Assembly (NCBI GenBank): GCA_963758635.1
Contig: CAVWWD010000003.1
Coordinates: forward strand, 224,001-288,000
Reading direction: 5' to 3'
DNA length: 64,000 nt
From: an uncultured Candidatus Rokubacteria bacterium
GTDB taxonomy: Bacteria; Methylomirabilota; Methylomirabilia; Rokubacteriales; CSP1-6
The stretch's first letter is position 1. Every line of letters begins with the position of its first letter. A program made the translations under genes and the position numbers. Under the pieces are notes generated by a model, which did no database searches, was not told the DNA's origin, and worked only from the letters and a program-made list of their open reading frames with translations. Below, in pieces: positions 1 to 10,490 of the stretch.

Positions 1-3000
1 GGTCGCCGTGGTCTGTGGCGACCAGCGCCTGACCTACCGAGAACTCAATCGCCACGCCAACCAACTGGCACACTACCTACAGCAGCGCAGGGTCGGGCCA
101 GAAGTGCTCGTGGGGGTGTGTATAGAACGCTCCCTGGAGCTGGTCATTGCGCTAGTGGGTATCCTCAAAGCCGGCGGCGCCTATGTGCCACTGGATCCCA
201 CGTATCCGAAGGAGCGCCTGGCCTTCATCTTGGAGGATGCCCAGGTGCCGGTGCTGCTGACCCAGGAACGGTTGGTATCGGGGCTCCCCCCACATGGAGC
301 ACATGTGGTGTGTCTCGACACAGGCTGGGCGACCATCGCCCAGGAGAGGGGGGAGAATCCCGTCAGAGGGACGACCCCTGAGAACCTCGCTTACATGATC
401 TACACCTCAGGCTCCACTGGCATCCCCAAGGGAGTCGGGATTCACCATGCAAGCGTCGTGAACCTTGTGACGTGGCACCAGCAGACGTACAACGTGACTC
501 CAGCAGATCGCGCCACGCAATTGGCGGGGCTAGCCTTTGACGCATCCGTGTGGGAGCTCTGGCCTTACCTTACCGGGGGAGCAAGCGTGCATGTGCTGCC
601 GGACGAGAGGCTCCTGGCGTCTCCGGCACAGCTCTTGGCCTGGCTTGCCGCCGAAGCCATCACCATCTGTTTTCTGCCCACCCCACTCGCCGAGATCGTG
701 TTGGAGGAGCCACGGCCGACCGGCCTGGCTTTAAGAGCCCTCCTCACAGGCGGGGATACGCTCCATCGCAGCCCCCGAGAAGCGCTCCCCTTCGCTGTGG
801 TCAACCACTACGGACCGACAGAAAATACGGTGGTGACGACGTGGGCTCCAGTGAGCCCCGACCGCGAAGCCACTGCTCTTCCGCCCATCGGCCGGCCGAT
901 TGCCAACACGCAGGTCTATCTCCTGGATCAGGCGCTGCAGCCGGTTCCCATTGGGGTGCCTGGAGAGCTGTGCATAGGAGGCGATGGTCTGGCGCGCGGC
1001 TACCTCCATAGACCGGTGCTGACCGCCGAGAAGTTCGTTCCCCACCCCTTCAGTCAAGAGCCAGGGGCACGGTTATACAAGACCGGAGACCTCGCGCGCT
1101 ACCGGCCCGACGGCAACATCGAGTTCATGGGGCGCCTCGACCAGCAGGTGAAGATCCGTGGGTTTCGTGTCGAGTTGGGAGAGATCGAGGCAGTATTAGG
1201 GCAACATACTGATGTGCGAGAGACGGTCGTGCTCGCCCGCGAAGACCGCCCTGGTGACAAGCGGCTGGTGGCGTATGTCGTCCCAAAAATGGGGCAGGCA
1301 CTCACGAGCGAGATGCTGCGTGACAGCCTGACAAGGAAGTTACCGGCCTACATGATCCCTGCCGCCTTTGTCGTCATGCAGGCTCTACCGCTGAATCCCA
1401 ACGGCAAGCTCGACCGGCAAGCCCTACCAGAACCAGATCTCACCGGTTCTACGGCTGATACCTCGCTACAAACACCTATTGAAGAAATGATCGCCGGTAT
1501 CTGGGCGGAAGTGCTAGGGCTCCCTGACGGGATTGGCCGTCATGACAACTTTTTCGCTCTGGGCGGCCACTCGCTGTCGGCTATACAAGTTGGCTCCCGC
1601 CTACGGGATACTCTCGGAGTAGAACTGCCGCTGCATCGTCTGTTCGACCAGCCCACAGTGGCTGCCCTGGCCAGTTTCGTCGAGCACAGGCGCCAGCAGG
1701 ACGTGGTCCCGCGAGAGGCCCCGCCCCTACGACCGGCCTCAAGGGAGCAGCCAGTTCCCCTGTCGTTCGCCCAGCAGCGACTCTGGTTCCTGGATCAATT
1801 GGAACCGCACAGCGCCTTCTACAACATCCTCCGAGCGTTACGCCTTCGCGGTTCGCTCAAGATTCATATTCTCAAGCAGGCCCTCGATGCCATTTTGCAG
1901 CGCCACGAGGCCCTGCGTACCCGCTTTCTGGCCGTTGAGGGACAGCCAATCCAGGTCGTTGACAAGCAGCCCTATTTTGCCCTGCCCGTGCTGGATCTGA
2001 GCGGCTACGCTGCGGCCGAGCGCGAGGGCGAAATCCAACGTCGGTGTGAAGCCGAGGTCCAACGCCCCTTTGATCTGTCCACCGATGTGATGCTACGGGG
2101 AATGCTGTTGCGGCTGGATGAACAGGAACATGTTCTGCTGCTTACCGCGCATCACATCGCGACCGATGGTTGGTCGATCGGTATTCTCTTTCGCGAACTA
2201 TCAATGCTCTATGCAGCTTTCGACCAGGGCCAACCTGATCCCTTGCCCGCCCTCCCCCTCCAGTATGCCGATTTTGCCGTCTGGCAGCGGCATTGGCTAC
2301 AGGGAGAGCCTCTGGCTCGGCAATTAGCCTACTGGCAAGCCCATCTTGATCAGGTATCGCCGGTCCTGGCCCTACCAACTGACCGTGCGCGACCGCCCGT
2401 CCAGCGCTATCAGGGGGCGAAACAAGCGATTACCCTCTCTCGCGCCGTGACCGATGCCCTGAAAGCCTTGAGTCGGCACGAAGGCGTGACCCTATTCATG
2501 ACGCTGGTCGCCAGCTTCAACATGTTGCTCTATCGCTATACCCACCAGCCTGACCTGGCGGTTGGTACAGCAATTGCCAATCGCAACCACACCGACATCG
2601 AAGGGATGATCGGGTTTTTTGTCAATACCCTGGTACTGCGAACCAACCTTTCGGGTAATCCGTCCTTCCGCGAGCTCTTGAGGCAGGTCAGAAACATCAC
2701 CTTGGGGGCCTATGACCATCAAGACCTGCCCTTCGAAAAGCTGGTTGAGGCACTACGACCGGAGCGGGCCCTGAGTCATAATCCCCTCTTCCAGGTCATG
2801 TTGCTGCTCCAGAATACGCCGGAGCCACGGCTCGACCTCCCCGACATAAACGTCAGTGTTGTGCCGATCGACAGCAAGACAGCCAAGCTCGATCTCACCG
2901 TGTCGCTCGAGGAAGGTCCGAACGGATTGACAGGCTGGATCGAGTACGCCACGGACCTGTTCGAGGCCGACACCATAGCTCGCATGGCTGGTCATTTCCG

Positions 3001-5809
3001 CACCCTCTTGGCAGACATTGCGGCTCACCCAGAACGGCGGTTAGCAGAGGTCTCGATACTGACCGAATCGGAGCGCCGCCAAATTCTGCTCGACTGGAAC
3101 CGCCCAAAACATGCCTCAGATGTGCGGCATCATGCCTCCGCCTCTGCTCAGCACCCATGCCTGCATCATTTGTTTGAGGCGCAGGCTGAGGGCACCCCTG
3201 ATGCCACAGCCGTGGTGTGCGGAGAGGAACGGTTAACCTATCGGCAGCTGAATAGCCGGGCGAACCAACTGGCTCACTATCTTCGAGCACACGGTGTAGG
3301 ACCAGGGACGCTGGTCGGTATCTGTACTGAGCGCTCGCTGGGAATGATCATCGGCCTGCTGGGAATACTCAAGGCGGGCGGGGCCTATCTACCCCTTGAC
3401 CCAACATACCCTCGGGAGCGCCTGGCGTTCATCCTCGGTGACGCTCAGGTTGCGATCGTCCTGACGCAACACATCCTGCGGTCAAAGTTACCTAAGCCGG
3501 TCCAGGGCCAGGCCGAAGCGACTCACATTATCTGTCTGGATACGGACTGGCCCCTGATTGCACAACAGAAGCAGACCAATCCGGTGCACGCGATGACCCC
3601 TGATTACCTGGCCTACACGATCTACACGTCGGGCTCGACAGGCCAGCCCAAGGGGGTCCAGATCAACCACCGGAATGTGGTTCACCTGGTGACGACGGCT
3701 GGACCGCTCCTGGCCTTTCAGCCGCCTGATGTGTGGACCCTCTTTCATTCCTACGCCTTCGATTTTTCGGTATGGGAAATCTGGACGCCACTGAGCTACG
3801 GTAGTTGCCTCGTTGTCCTGACCACCGAGCAGACGCATGCGCCAGCGTTACTCTACAAGGTACTGGCAACAGAACATGTCACCGTACTCAACCTCACACC
3901 CGCGGCCATGCGGCAGCTGATCGATGTTCGCTCCCTGGAGCCGGTGCGAGATCTCGCCCTGCGACTCATCATTTGTGGGGGTGAGGCCTTTCCGGCTGAT
4001 ATGCTGCCACAGCTCCTGACCTGGCATGTCCCCATCTGGAACTTTTATGGCCCCACCGAAGCGACGGTCTGGGCAGCCGCGCATCCAGTTGGGCATGCTC
4101 AGCAGCCCTTCGCTTCCACACCCCCAGACATGCTTCCTATTGGTCACCCTCTGCCCGATCGAGAGCTGTACATCCTGGATGCCCATTTGCAGCCCGTGCC
4201 CATCGGAGTGCCTGGTGAATTGTGCATCGGGGGGATTGGCCTGGCCTGGGGCTACCTGAATCGTCCCAGCCTGACCGCCGAGCGATTCATCCCACACCCT
4301 TTTAGTCATGAATCTGGAGCACGCCTCTATAAAACGGGTGACCTGGCGCGCCATCTTTCGGATGGCCGGATCGAGTTTCTAGGGCGAATGGATGACCAGG
4401 TCAAGATTCGTGGCTTTCGAGTGGAATTGGGCGAGATCGCGGCAGTCTTGCGTCAACATCCGGCGGTGAAAGAGGCGGTGGTCGTCATGACCGGAACGTC
4501 TCGGACGACACGTCATACGCCTGACAGTGCCAAGGCGCTGCAACGTTTGGTCGCCTATGTCGTCCAGGACCAGGCGCCACAGCCTACCAGTAGCGAGCTG
4601 CGCTATTACCTGCAGGACAAGCTGCCCGACTACATGCTGCCTTCGGGTTATGTCTGGCTGCAGGCCTTGCCTCTGACCGCCAACGGCAAGATCAACCGGC
4701 AGGCCTTGCCCGCTCCCGATATCATCAGTTCCTATCGTCCAGAGACCTATATCGGTTCCCGTACACTTCTGGAACTCCAACTCACCCAGATCTGGGAAGA
4801 CATTCTCGAAGTGTGGCCTGTCGGCGTCAAGGATAACTTCTTCGACCTGGGCGGCGAATCCATGCTTGCCGTTCGCCTGATGGCCCAGATTCACAAACGC
4901 TTTGGCCAAGAACTCCCCCTGGCCGCCCTGTTCCACCAGGCGGCAACGATTGAGCACCTGGCCACCCTGCTCGCACAGTCAGATATCCGTGTGGCCTCGT
5001 CACCGTTGGTCGAGATTCAACGGGCTGGTTCCAAACCACCCTTCTTCTGCATCCATCCGGTTGGGGGGAATGTGCTCTGCTATGTCCCTCTGGCTCGCCA
5101 CCTGAGACCGGATCAGCCCTTCTACGGCCTGCAACATCCGGGACTGTATGCAGAGGGGCACTTGTCCACCTCCGTCGAGAGGTTAGCGGCCCAGTACATC
5201 GACGCAATCCGCACGATTCAACCCGCAGGGCCCTATCGTTTGGGTGGCTGGTCGCTGGGCGGTCTGATTGCTTTCGAGATGGCCCGGCAGCTCGTAGACA
5301 ACGGTCAAGCGGTAGATCTGGTTGCGCTGCTAGATACCTGGCCACTATCGACGAACAGACAGCCAGATTGGAACAACGAGACCGGCTTCTTCATCAGTTT
5401 TGCTCGCCATCTGGGCCTCACAGAGACCGATCTCTCGCCTACCTATATGCGTCAACTCGAGCCGGATGCACAACGATGCTACATTTTGCAGCAGGCTCAG
5501 GCGGCCAATCTGCTTACCGCGGATGTCGATGTCGCCCGATTGCAGCACTACTTTCGGATATTTCTCTCCAACCTACGAGCCGGATACGAATATCTCCCTC
5601 AACCCTATCCGGGGCACGTGACGCTCTTTCAGGCCAGCGAACGAGCCTCGACGACGCCGCAATACCTGCGCCGAGGGTGGGACGATTTGGTCACTGGCGG
5701 CGTTGAGCATTACACGACACCAGGTAACCACTACACGATGTTGCAAGAACCACATGTCACCATATTGGCCCAACGCCTAGAATCCTGCTGTCCGGAGACC
5801 GCCCGATGA
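1..5809 (+). CDS. Non-ribosomal peptide synthetase, terminal part: A-T-C-A-T-TE (5' end lies outside the window)
   Basis: Frame is open from position 2. A-domain cores YTSGSTGxPKG, YGPTE, YKTGD and NGK each occur twice. T domains FFALGGHSL and FFDLGGESM. C domain HHIATDGWS. Thioesterase GWSLGG ... GNHYTM. Confidence 0.97.
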   Translation, partial: VAVVCGDQRLTYRELNRHANQLAHYLQQRRVGPEVLVGVCIERSLELVIALVGILKAGGAYVPLDPTYPKERLAFILEDAQVPVLLTQERLVSGLPPHGAHVVCLDTGWATIAQERGENPVRGTTPENLAYMIYTSGSTGIPKGVGIHHASVVNLVTWHQQTYNVTPADRATQLAGLAFDASVWELWPYLTGGASVHVLPDERLLASPAQLLAWLAAEAITICFLPTPLAEIVLEEPRPTGLALRALLTGGDTLHRSPREALPFAVVNHYGPTENTVVTTWAPVSPDREATALPPIGRPIANTQVYLLDQALQPVPIGVPGELCIGGDGLARGYLHRPVLTAEKFVPHPFSQEPGARLYKTGDLARYRPDGNIEFMGRLDQQVKIRGFRVELGEIEAVLGQHTDVRETVVLAREDRPGDKRLVAYVVPKMGQALTSEMLRDSLTRKLPAYMIPAAFVVMQALPLNPNGKLDRQALPEPDLTGSTADTSLQTPIEEMIAGIWAEVLGLPDGIGRHDNFFALGGHSLSAIQVGSRLRDTLGVELPLHRLFDQPTVAALASFVEHRRQQDVVPREAPPLRPASREQPVPLSFAQQRLWFLDQLEPHSAFYNILRALRLRGSLKIHILKQALDAILQRHEALRTRFLAVEGQPIQVVDKQPYFALPVLDLSGYAAAEREGEIQRRCEAEVQRPFDLSTDVMLRGMLLRLDEQEHVLLLTAHHIATDGWSIGILFRELSMLYAAFDQGQPDPLPALPLQYADFAVWQRHWLQGEPLARQLAYWQAHLDQVSPVLALPTDRARPPVQRYQGAKQAITLSRAVTDALKALSRHEGVTLFMTLVASFNMLLYRYTHQPDLAVGTAIANRNHTDIEGMIGFFVNTLVLRTNLSGNPSFRELLRQVRNITLGAYDHQDLPFEKLVEALRPERALSHNPLFQVMLLLQNTPEPRLDLPDINVSVVPIDSKTAKLDLTVSLEEGPNGLTGWIEYATDLFEADTIARMAGHFRTLLADIAAHPERRLAEVSILTESERRQILLDWNRPKHASDVRHHASASAQHPCLHHLFEAQAEGTPDATAVVCGEERLTYRQLNSRANQLAHYLRAHGVGPGTLVGICTERSLGMIIGLLGILKAGGAYLPLDPTYPRERLAFILGDAQVAIVLTQHILRSKLPKPVQGQAEATHIICLDTDWPLIAQQKQTNPVHAMTPDYLAYTIYTSGSTGQPKGVQINHRNVVHLVTTAGPLLAFQPPDVWTLFHSYAFDFSVWEIWTPLSYGSCLVVLTTEQTHAPALLYKVLATEHVTVLNLTPAAMRQLIDVRSLEPVRDLALRLIICGGEAFPADMLPQLLTWHVPIWNFYGPTEATVWAAAHPVGHAQQPFASTPPDMLPIGHPLPDRELYILDAHLQPVPIGVPGELCIGGIGLAWGYLNRPSLTAERFIPHPFSHESGARLYKTGDLARHLSDGRIEFLGRMDDQVKIRGFRVELGEIAAVLRQHPAVKEAVVVMTGTSRTTRHTPDSAKALQRLVAYVVQDQAPQPTSSELRYYLQDKLPDYMLPSGYVWLQALPLTANGKINRQALPAPDIISSYRPETYIGSRTLLELQLTQIWEDILEVWPVGVKDNFFDLGGESMLAVRLMAQIHKRFGQELPLAALFHQAATIEHLATLLAQSDIRVASSPLVEIQRAGSKPPFFCIHPVGGNVLCYVPLARHLRPDQPFYGLQHPGLYAEGHLSTSVERLAAQYIDAIRTIQPAGPYRLGGWSLGGLIAFEMARQLVDNGQAVDLVALLDTWPLSTNRQPDWNNETGFFISFARHLGLTETDLSPTYMRQLEPDAQRCYILQQAQAANLLTADVDVARLQHYFRIFLSNLRAGYEYLPQPYPGHVTLFQASERASTTPQYLRRGWDDLVTGGVEHYTTPGNHYTMLQEPHVTILAQRLESCCPETAR

Positions 5810-7738
5810 CTCCGCAACTCGCGATGCGCTTGCAATATGTCGAAGCTCAAGTCGGTCGTCTGCCGGAAACCATTGCCGTGCGCTATCCCGGGGCCACACC
5901 TGATCGAGACATCTGTTTGACATACCGAGAGCTGGACGGCAGGGCCAACCAATTAGCCCGCTATCTGCACGAAGCTAGGCGTCGGGCCTGAGGTGCCGGT
6001 CGGTGTCTTCATGGAACGATCGCTGGAGATGGTCGTCGCGATCCTGGGCATCTTCAAAGCGGGAGGAGCCTATGTGCCCATGGACCCAGACTACCCGCCG
6101 GATCGCCTGGCCTTCATGCTCCACCACATCCACCCACCGGTTACCCTGACCCAATCGTTCCTGCAACCCAAGCTCTCCACGTATAGCTTGCGGCAAGCTG
6201 ACGACGTTGAAGCCCACACCTCAAACACGACCATCGTGTGTTTGGATACGGAGTGGGCAAGAATTGGCCAGGAGTTGGTCACGCGCCCGAGGTGCTCGGT
6301 CACCAGTCAAAACCTCGCCTCGATCTTCTATACCTCCGGCTCAACCGGTCGACCCAAGGCTGTCCTACGCACTCACACCCAGATCGCTGATCCACGCGGA
6401 GGCAGTCAGGCGGACCATATCCTGGGGGAACAGGATCGGCACCTGCTGAAGAGTGCCCCTGGCTTTACTGGTCTCGACGCGGAAGTGTTCACGCCTCTGA
6501 TGACCGGTGGGCAGATGGTCATCGTGCCGCCGGGGAAGCATCAGGATACCGGCTATCTGGTGCAGCTGATCGTCACATACGGTATCACCGCGATGTATAT
6601 GGTGCCCTCTCTCCTGGGCGAGTTCCTGGAAGAGCCCGGCCTGGAAAGCTGCCACAGCTTGCGGCATATCTTCTGCTTTGGCGAAGCGTTACCGATTGCC
6701 GCCCAGGAACGTCTGTTTGACCGCCTCAATGTAGACTTGAGCGTCTATTACGGCACCACGGAGGCGCCTAGTGCCACATTCTGGCGACGGCGGCGTGGAG
6801 ATGGCCAAAGGATCATCGGCCTCGGCTGGCCCATCCCCGATCGACAGGTCTACCTGCTGGATTCCCATATGCAGCCAGTGCCGGCTGGCGAATCGGGTGA
6901 GCTATACATCGGCGGTCGACTGGCCCGAGGATACTCAGGCCAACCTGCGCTGACCGCCGAGTGTTTCCTACCCAATCCTTTTGGGACGCAGCCTGGCGAA
7001 CGCCTTTACCGCACCGGCGACCGGGCCCGCTATCGCCCGGATGGCAGCTTGGAGTTTCTCGGGCGGCTAGATGATCAGGTGCAGATTCGCGGCGCACGCG
7101 TTGAACTGGGTGAGGTCGAGACGATTCTGAGACAACACCCCGCGGTGAGTGCGACTGCGGTGCTGGCCCAGCAGGTCTCTGGCCCGGCCAATCGGGTCGA
7201 CAATCTGGGGCACGCGCCTGAGGAGCAGTATCTCGTCGCCTATATCGTCCCCGCTCAACATGCCTCTTCTCCCACCCCCTTGGTGTTGCGAGGCTTCCTC
7301 CAACAGCAGTTGCCCGACTATATGGTTCCGACCGTGTTTGTGTTTCTGGAGAAACTGCCCCTGAATCCCAATGGCAAACTCGATCGACAGGCCCTCCTGA
7401 AGTTGGCACCGGACCGTTTCCTGCGGACCACACCGTACGTTGCGCCACGCACGGCGCTGGAGGAGGTATTGGCCAGGATGTGGGGCGAGTTGCTCGGTGT
7501 GGCCAACGGCGTCGGTATTGATGACAATTTTTTCGATTTAGGAGGACATTCCCTTACCGCGACTCGGATCGTCGCCTGGCTGCGCCATCTGTTTGGGTTA
7601 GACCTGCCCCCCAACAGCTTATTTGAGACCCAAACTGTGGCTGAACTGGCTCGGCTGTTACACGACATGTCAGATGAGCCGGCCAGCATTGAGAATACAG
7701 CCCAAATCTTACTCGCTGCCCCGGGGACGGTGAGGTAG
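5806..7738 (+). CDS. Stand-alone NRPS-like A-T didomain; +1 frameshift near 5966-5972 joins ORFs 5806-5991 and 5993-7738
   Basis: ATGA overlap with the NRPS stop. LTYRELDGRANQLARYL continues as KLGVGPEVPVGVFMERS in the +1 frame. YTSGSTGRPK, YRTGD, NGKLDR and T-domain FFDLGGHSL are present. Confidence 0.9.
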
Positions 7739-7978
7739 TTGATGGTGCAACACTGCTGCTACTTCTGAGGGTACCGTCGGCGGTGTTCCGAGAGGGGGAT
7801 CAGCCTCCCCCGTCTTGGGATCACCGGTCAGGTACTCGATCCCTCCGCTACGCGTGTCAACGCGGATCAGCGCTCCGCCGGGGCCCATGACCAGCTGATA
7901 TCGGCCGTTGTCAGAGCAACCGGCCAAGGCTACAGCCAGAAAACCGATCACTGACATCGTCTTGATCGCGCTCTTCAT
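7709..7978 (-). CDS. Small putative lipoprotein, hypothetical (89 aa)
   Basis: Basic N-terminus, hydrophobic stretch and lipobox LAG-C. Purine-rich AAGGGGGA just upstream of the ATG. Confidence 0.5.
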   Translation of the reverse strand: MKSAIKTMSVIGFLAVALAGCSDNGRYQLVMGPGGALIRVDTRSGGIEYLTGDPKTGEADPPLGTPPTVPSEVAAVLHHQLPHRPRGSE

Positions 7979-8186
7979 TGTGTCCCCCTTCGTCCAAGCA
8001 TTGAGTGATTGTCACACGCCGGAGAAGCACGTGAGACGGGCCTCCGGAATCTTCATCGCGTGTGTCGCTGCCGACCGTTCCACTCGGTGGGTGCCTTGCG
8101 GCTTGCCTCCAGCGCGGCGAGGCGCTGCGTGTCGAGCAGCCAGCGAGGCTGCGCCGCGAGTCGCGTTCGCGGCGAGACCACGTCTC

Positions 8187-8450
8187 TCAGAACGTGCGTT
8201 CTCCGAGTTTTCGCCGTATCTCCCGAAGGGCGGCGACTTCTTCGGTCGGAAGAGGTTTCAGGCCTCCCAGCTCGACAGCGGCCTTCAAGATCAGGGCCGA
8301 ATGTTCCTCGAAGAACGCCTGCACGTCGGCGAGGCTCGGCGCAGTGCCGTCGGCCCTGCCGCGGAACAGGAACGCCGCGACCCCGTGGGTCCCGGAGCCG
8401 AACGCGAGCGCCGCCGGCACGAACTCCGGTTCCAGGCGGTCCAGGCGCGA
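8187..8450 (-). pseudogene. Possible 5'-truncated gene remnant at the border of the low-GC region
   Basis: Protein-like frame (LDRLEPEFVPAALAF...EIRRKLGERTF*) with GC-rich third positions but no good start or RBS. Its 5' side runs into the hemE promoter. Confidence 0.3.
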
Positions 8451-8466
8451 TGATATCGCCGGTTCC

Positions 8467-8495
8467 TTGACTGTGCCAGTCACGGCCGGTAGCCT
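8467..8495 (+). promoter_or_regulatory. sigma70-type promoter of the hem operon (near-leaderless)
   Basis: TTGACT-N17-TAGCCT, 9 nt before ATG 8505, no Shine-Dalgarno. Confidence 0.6.
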
Positions 8496-8504
8496 GCGTC
8501 TGCC

Positions 8505-9545
8505 ATGACGGCCGTGAACGACCTGCCATTTCTGCGCGCGTGCCGCCGCGAGCCCACCGCCTTCACGCCGATCTGGCTCATGCGTCAGGCCGGCCGCTAC
8601 CTGCCCGAGTACCGTGAGCTTCGCGCCCGTCACGGGTTCCTCGAGCTCTGCAAGACGCCCGCCGCCGCGGCCGAGATCACGCTCCAGCCGGTGACCCGCC
8701 TCGGCGTCGACGCGGCCATCCTCTTCGCCGACATCCTGCTCGTGCTCGAGCCCCTCGGCGTCGGGCTCGAGTTCAGCCAGGGCGACGGGCCCCACATCCT
8801 GCGTCCCGTGCGCGCCGCACAGGACGTCGACCGCCTCCACGACGTGGACGTGGCCGACGCGGTGGCGTTCGTGTTCGAGACCGTGCGCCTGGTCCGGCGG
8901 GCCCTCGACGGGCGCGTGCCGCTCATCGGCTTCGCGGGCGCGCCGTTCACGCTCGCGTCGTACCTGATCGAGGGTGGCGCCTCGCGCGAGTTCCTGCTCA
9001 CCAAGCGGTTCATGCACGAGGAGCCGACGGCCTGGCACCGGCTCCTCCGCCGACTCGCCGCCATCACCGCCGCGTACCTCGCGGGCCAGGTCGCGGCCGG
9101 CGCGCAGGCCGTCCAGCTCTTCGACTCGTGGGTCGGCACGCTCTCGCCCGCGGACTATCGCGATCACGTCCTGCCCCACAGCCGCGCCGCCATCGCCGGC
9201 GTCGGCGGCGCCGTGCCCGTGATCCACTTCGGCGTCGGCGCGGCGACGCTGCTCGAGCTGATGGCCGAGGCGGGCGGCGACGTGATCGGTCTCGACTGGC
9301 GCGTGGAGCTGGGGCCGACGTGGGACCGCCTCGGCCCGCGCGTGGGCGTCCAGGGCAACCTCGATCCCGCCATCCTGCTCGCCGGCCCCGAGGAGATCCG
9401 CCGCGCGGTGAAGGGCATCCTCGCCGGCGCGGGCGGGCGGCCCGGCCACGTCTTCAACCTGGGCCACGGGGTGCACAAGGAGACGCCGGTCGACCACGTG
9501 CGCGCCCTCGTCGACATGGTGCACGAGGCGAGCGCGCGCGGGTGA
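8505..9545 (+). CDS. hemE: Uroporphyrinogen decarboxylase
   Basis: PIWLMRQAGRYLPEY, LIGFAGAPFTLASY, VQGNLDP and FNLGHG signatures. Confidence 0.97.
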   Translation: MTAVNDLPFLRACRREPTAFTPIWLMRQAGRYLPEYRELRARHGFLELCKTPAAAAEITLQPVTRLGVDAAILFADILLVLEPLGVGLEFSQGDGPHILRPVRAAQDVDRLHDVDVADAVAFVFETVRLVRRALDGRVPLIGFAGAPFTLASYLIEGGASREFLLTKRFMHEEPTAWHRLLRRLAAITAAYLAGQVAAGAQAVQLFDSWVGTLSPADYRDHVLPHSRAAIAGVGGAVPVIHFGVGAATLLELMAEAGGDVIGLDWRVELGPTWDRLGPRVGVQGNLDPAILLAGPEEIRRAVKGILAGAGGRPGHVFNLGHGVHKETPVDHVRALVDMVHEASARG

Positions 9546-10490
9546 GCGGCCCCGACTCGGTCCTCCTGATCGCCTTCGGAGGTCCGGAGCGGCCCGAGGA
9601 CATCCGCCCCTTCCTCCAGCGCGTCACCGAGGGGCGCCGCATTCCCGCCGAGCGCCTGGAGGCGGTCGCGCATCACTACGAGCTGATCGGCGGCCGCTCG
9701 CCGCTCGGTGACCTGACCCGGCGCCAGGCCGCGGCGCTCGCCGCGCGCCTCGCCGGCGAGGGGGTGGACCTGCCCGTGCACGTCGGCATGCGCAACTGGC
9801 ATCCGTTCCTCCCCGACACGCTGGCCGCGATGCGCGCGCGCGGCCACCGGCGCGCGTGCGGCATCATCCTGTCGAGCTTCCAGACCGAAGCCTCGTGGGA
9901 GCGCTACGTCGGCGACGTGGCGTCGGCGCGGGCGCTCGTGGGCGACGGCGCGCCCGAGGTGGAGCTCGCCCCCGCGTGGCCGGACCATCCGCGCTTCATC
10001 GAGGCGGCGGCGGCGCGCGTGTCGGAGGCGCTCGCGGGCGTGCCCATCGAGCCGCGGCTCGCGACGCCGGTGGTGTTCACCGCCCACAGCGTGCCCGTGG
10101 CCATGGCCGCGGGCTCGCCCTACGTGGCGCAGCTCACCGGCGCGGCGCGCCTCGTGGCCGAGCGGCTCGGGCCTCGCGCGGTGGTCCATCGCCTACCAGA
10201 GCCGGAGCGGGTCGCCCCGCGATCCGTGGCTCGAGCCGGACGTCGCCGGCGTGCTCGTGGACCTGGCGCGCGCCGGCGCGCGCGACGTGGTCGTGGCGCC
10301 GATCGGCTTCGTCGCCGACCACGTGGAGCTGCTCTACGACCTCGACGTGGAAGCGCGCCGCGTCGCCGAGGACGCGGGACTCCGGCTCCACCGGGCGCCC
10401 GCCCTCAACGACCATCCGGCCTTCATCGGCCTCCTCGCCGACCTCGTGCTGCGCTCCGCACGGGCGGGGGCCGGCGCCGGCCGGCGGTGA
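9542..10490 (+). CDS. hemH: Ferrochelatase (probably coproporphyrin ferrochelatase); +1 frameshift at ~10170
   Basis: VLLIAFGGPE, HYELIGGRSPL, GMRNWHPF, FTAHSVP. After the shift: YQSRSG..PWLEPD and PIGFVADHVELLYDLD. Confidence 0.93.
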
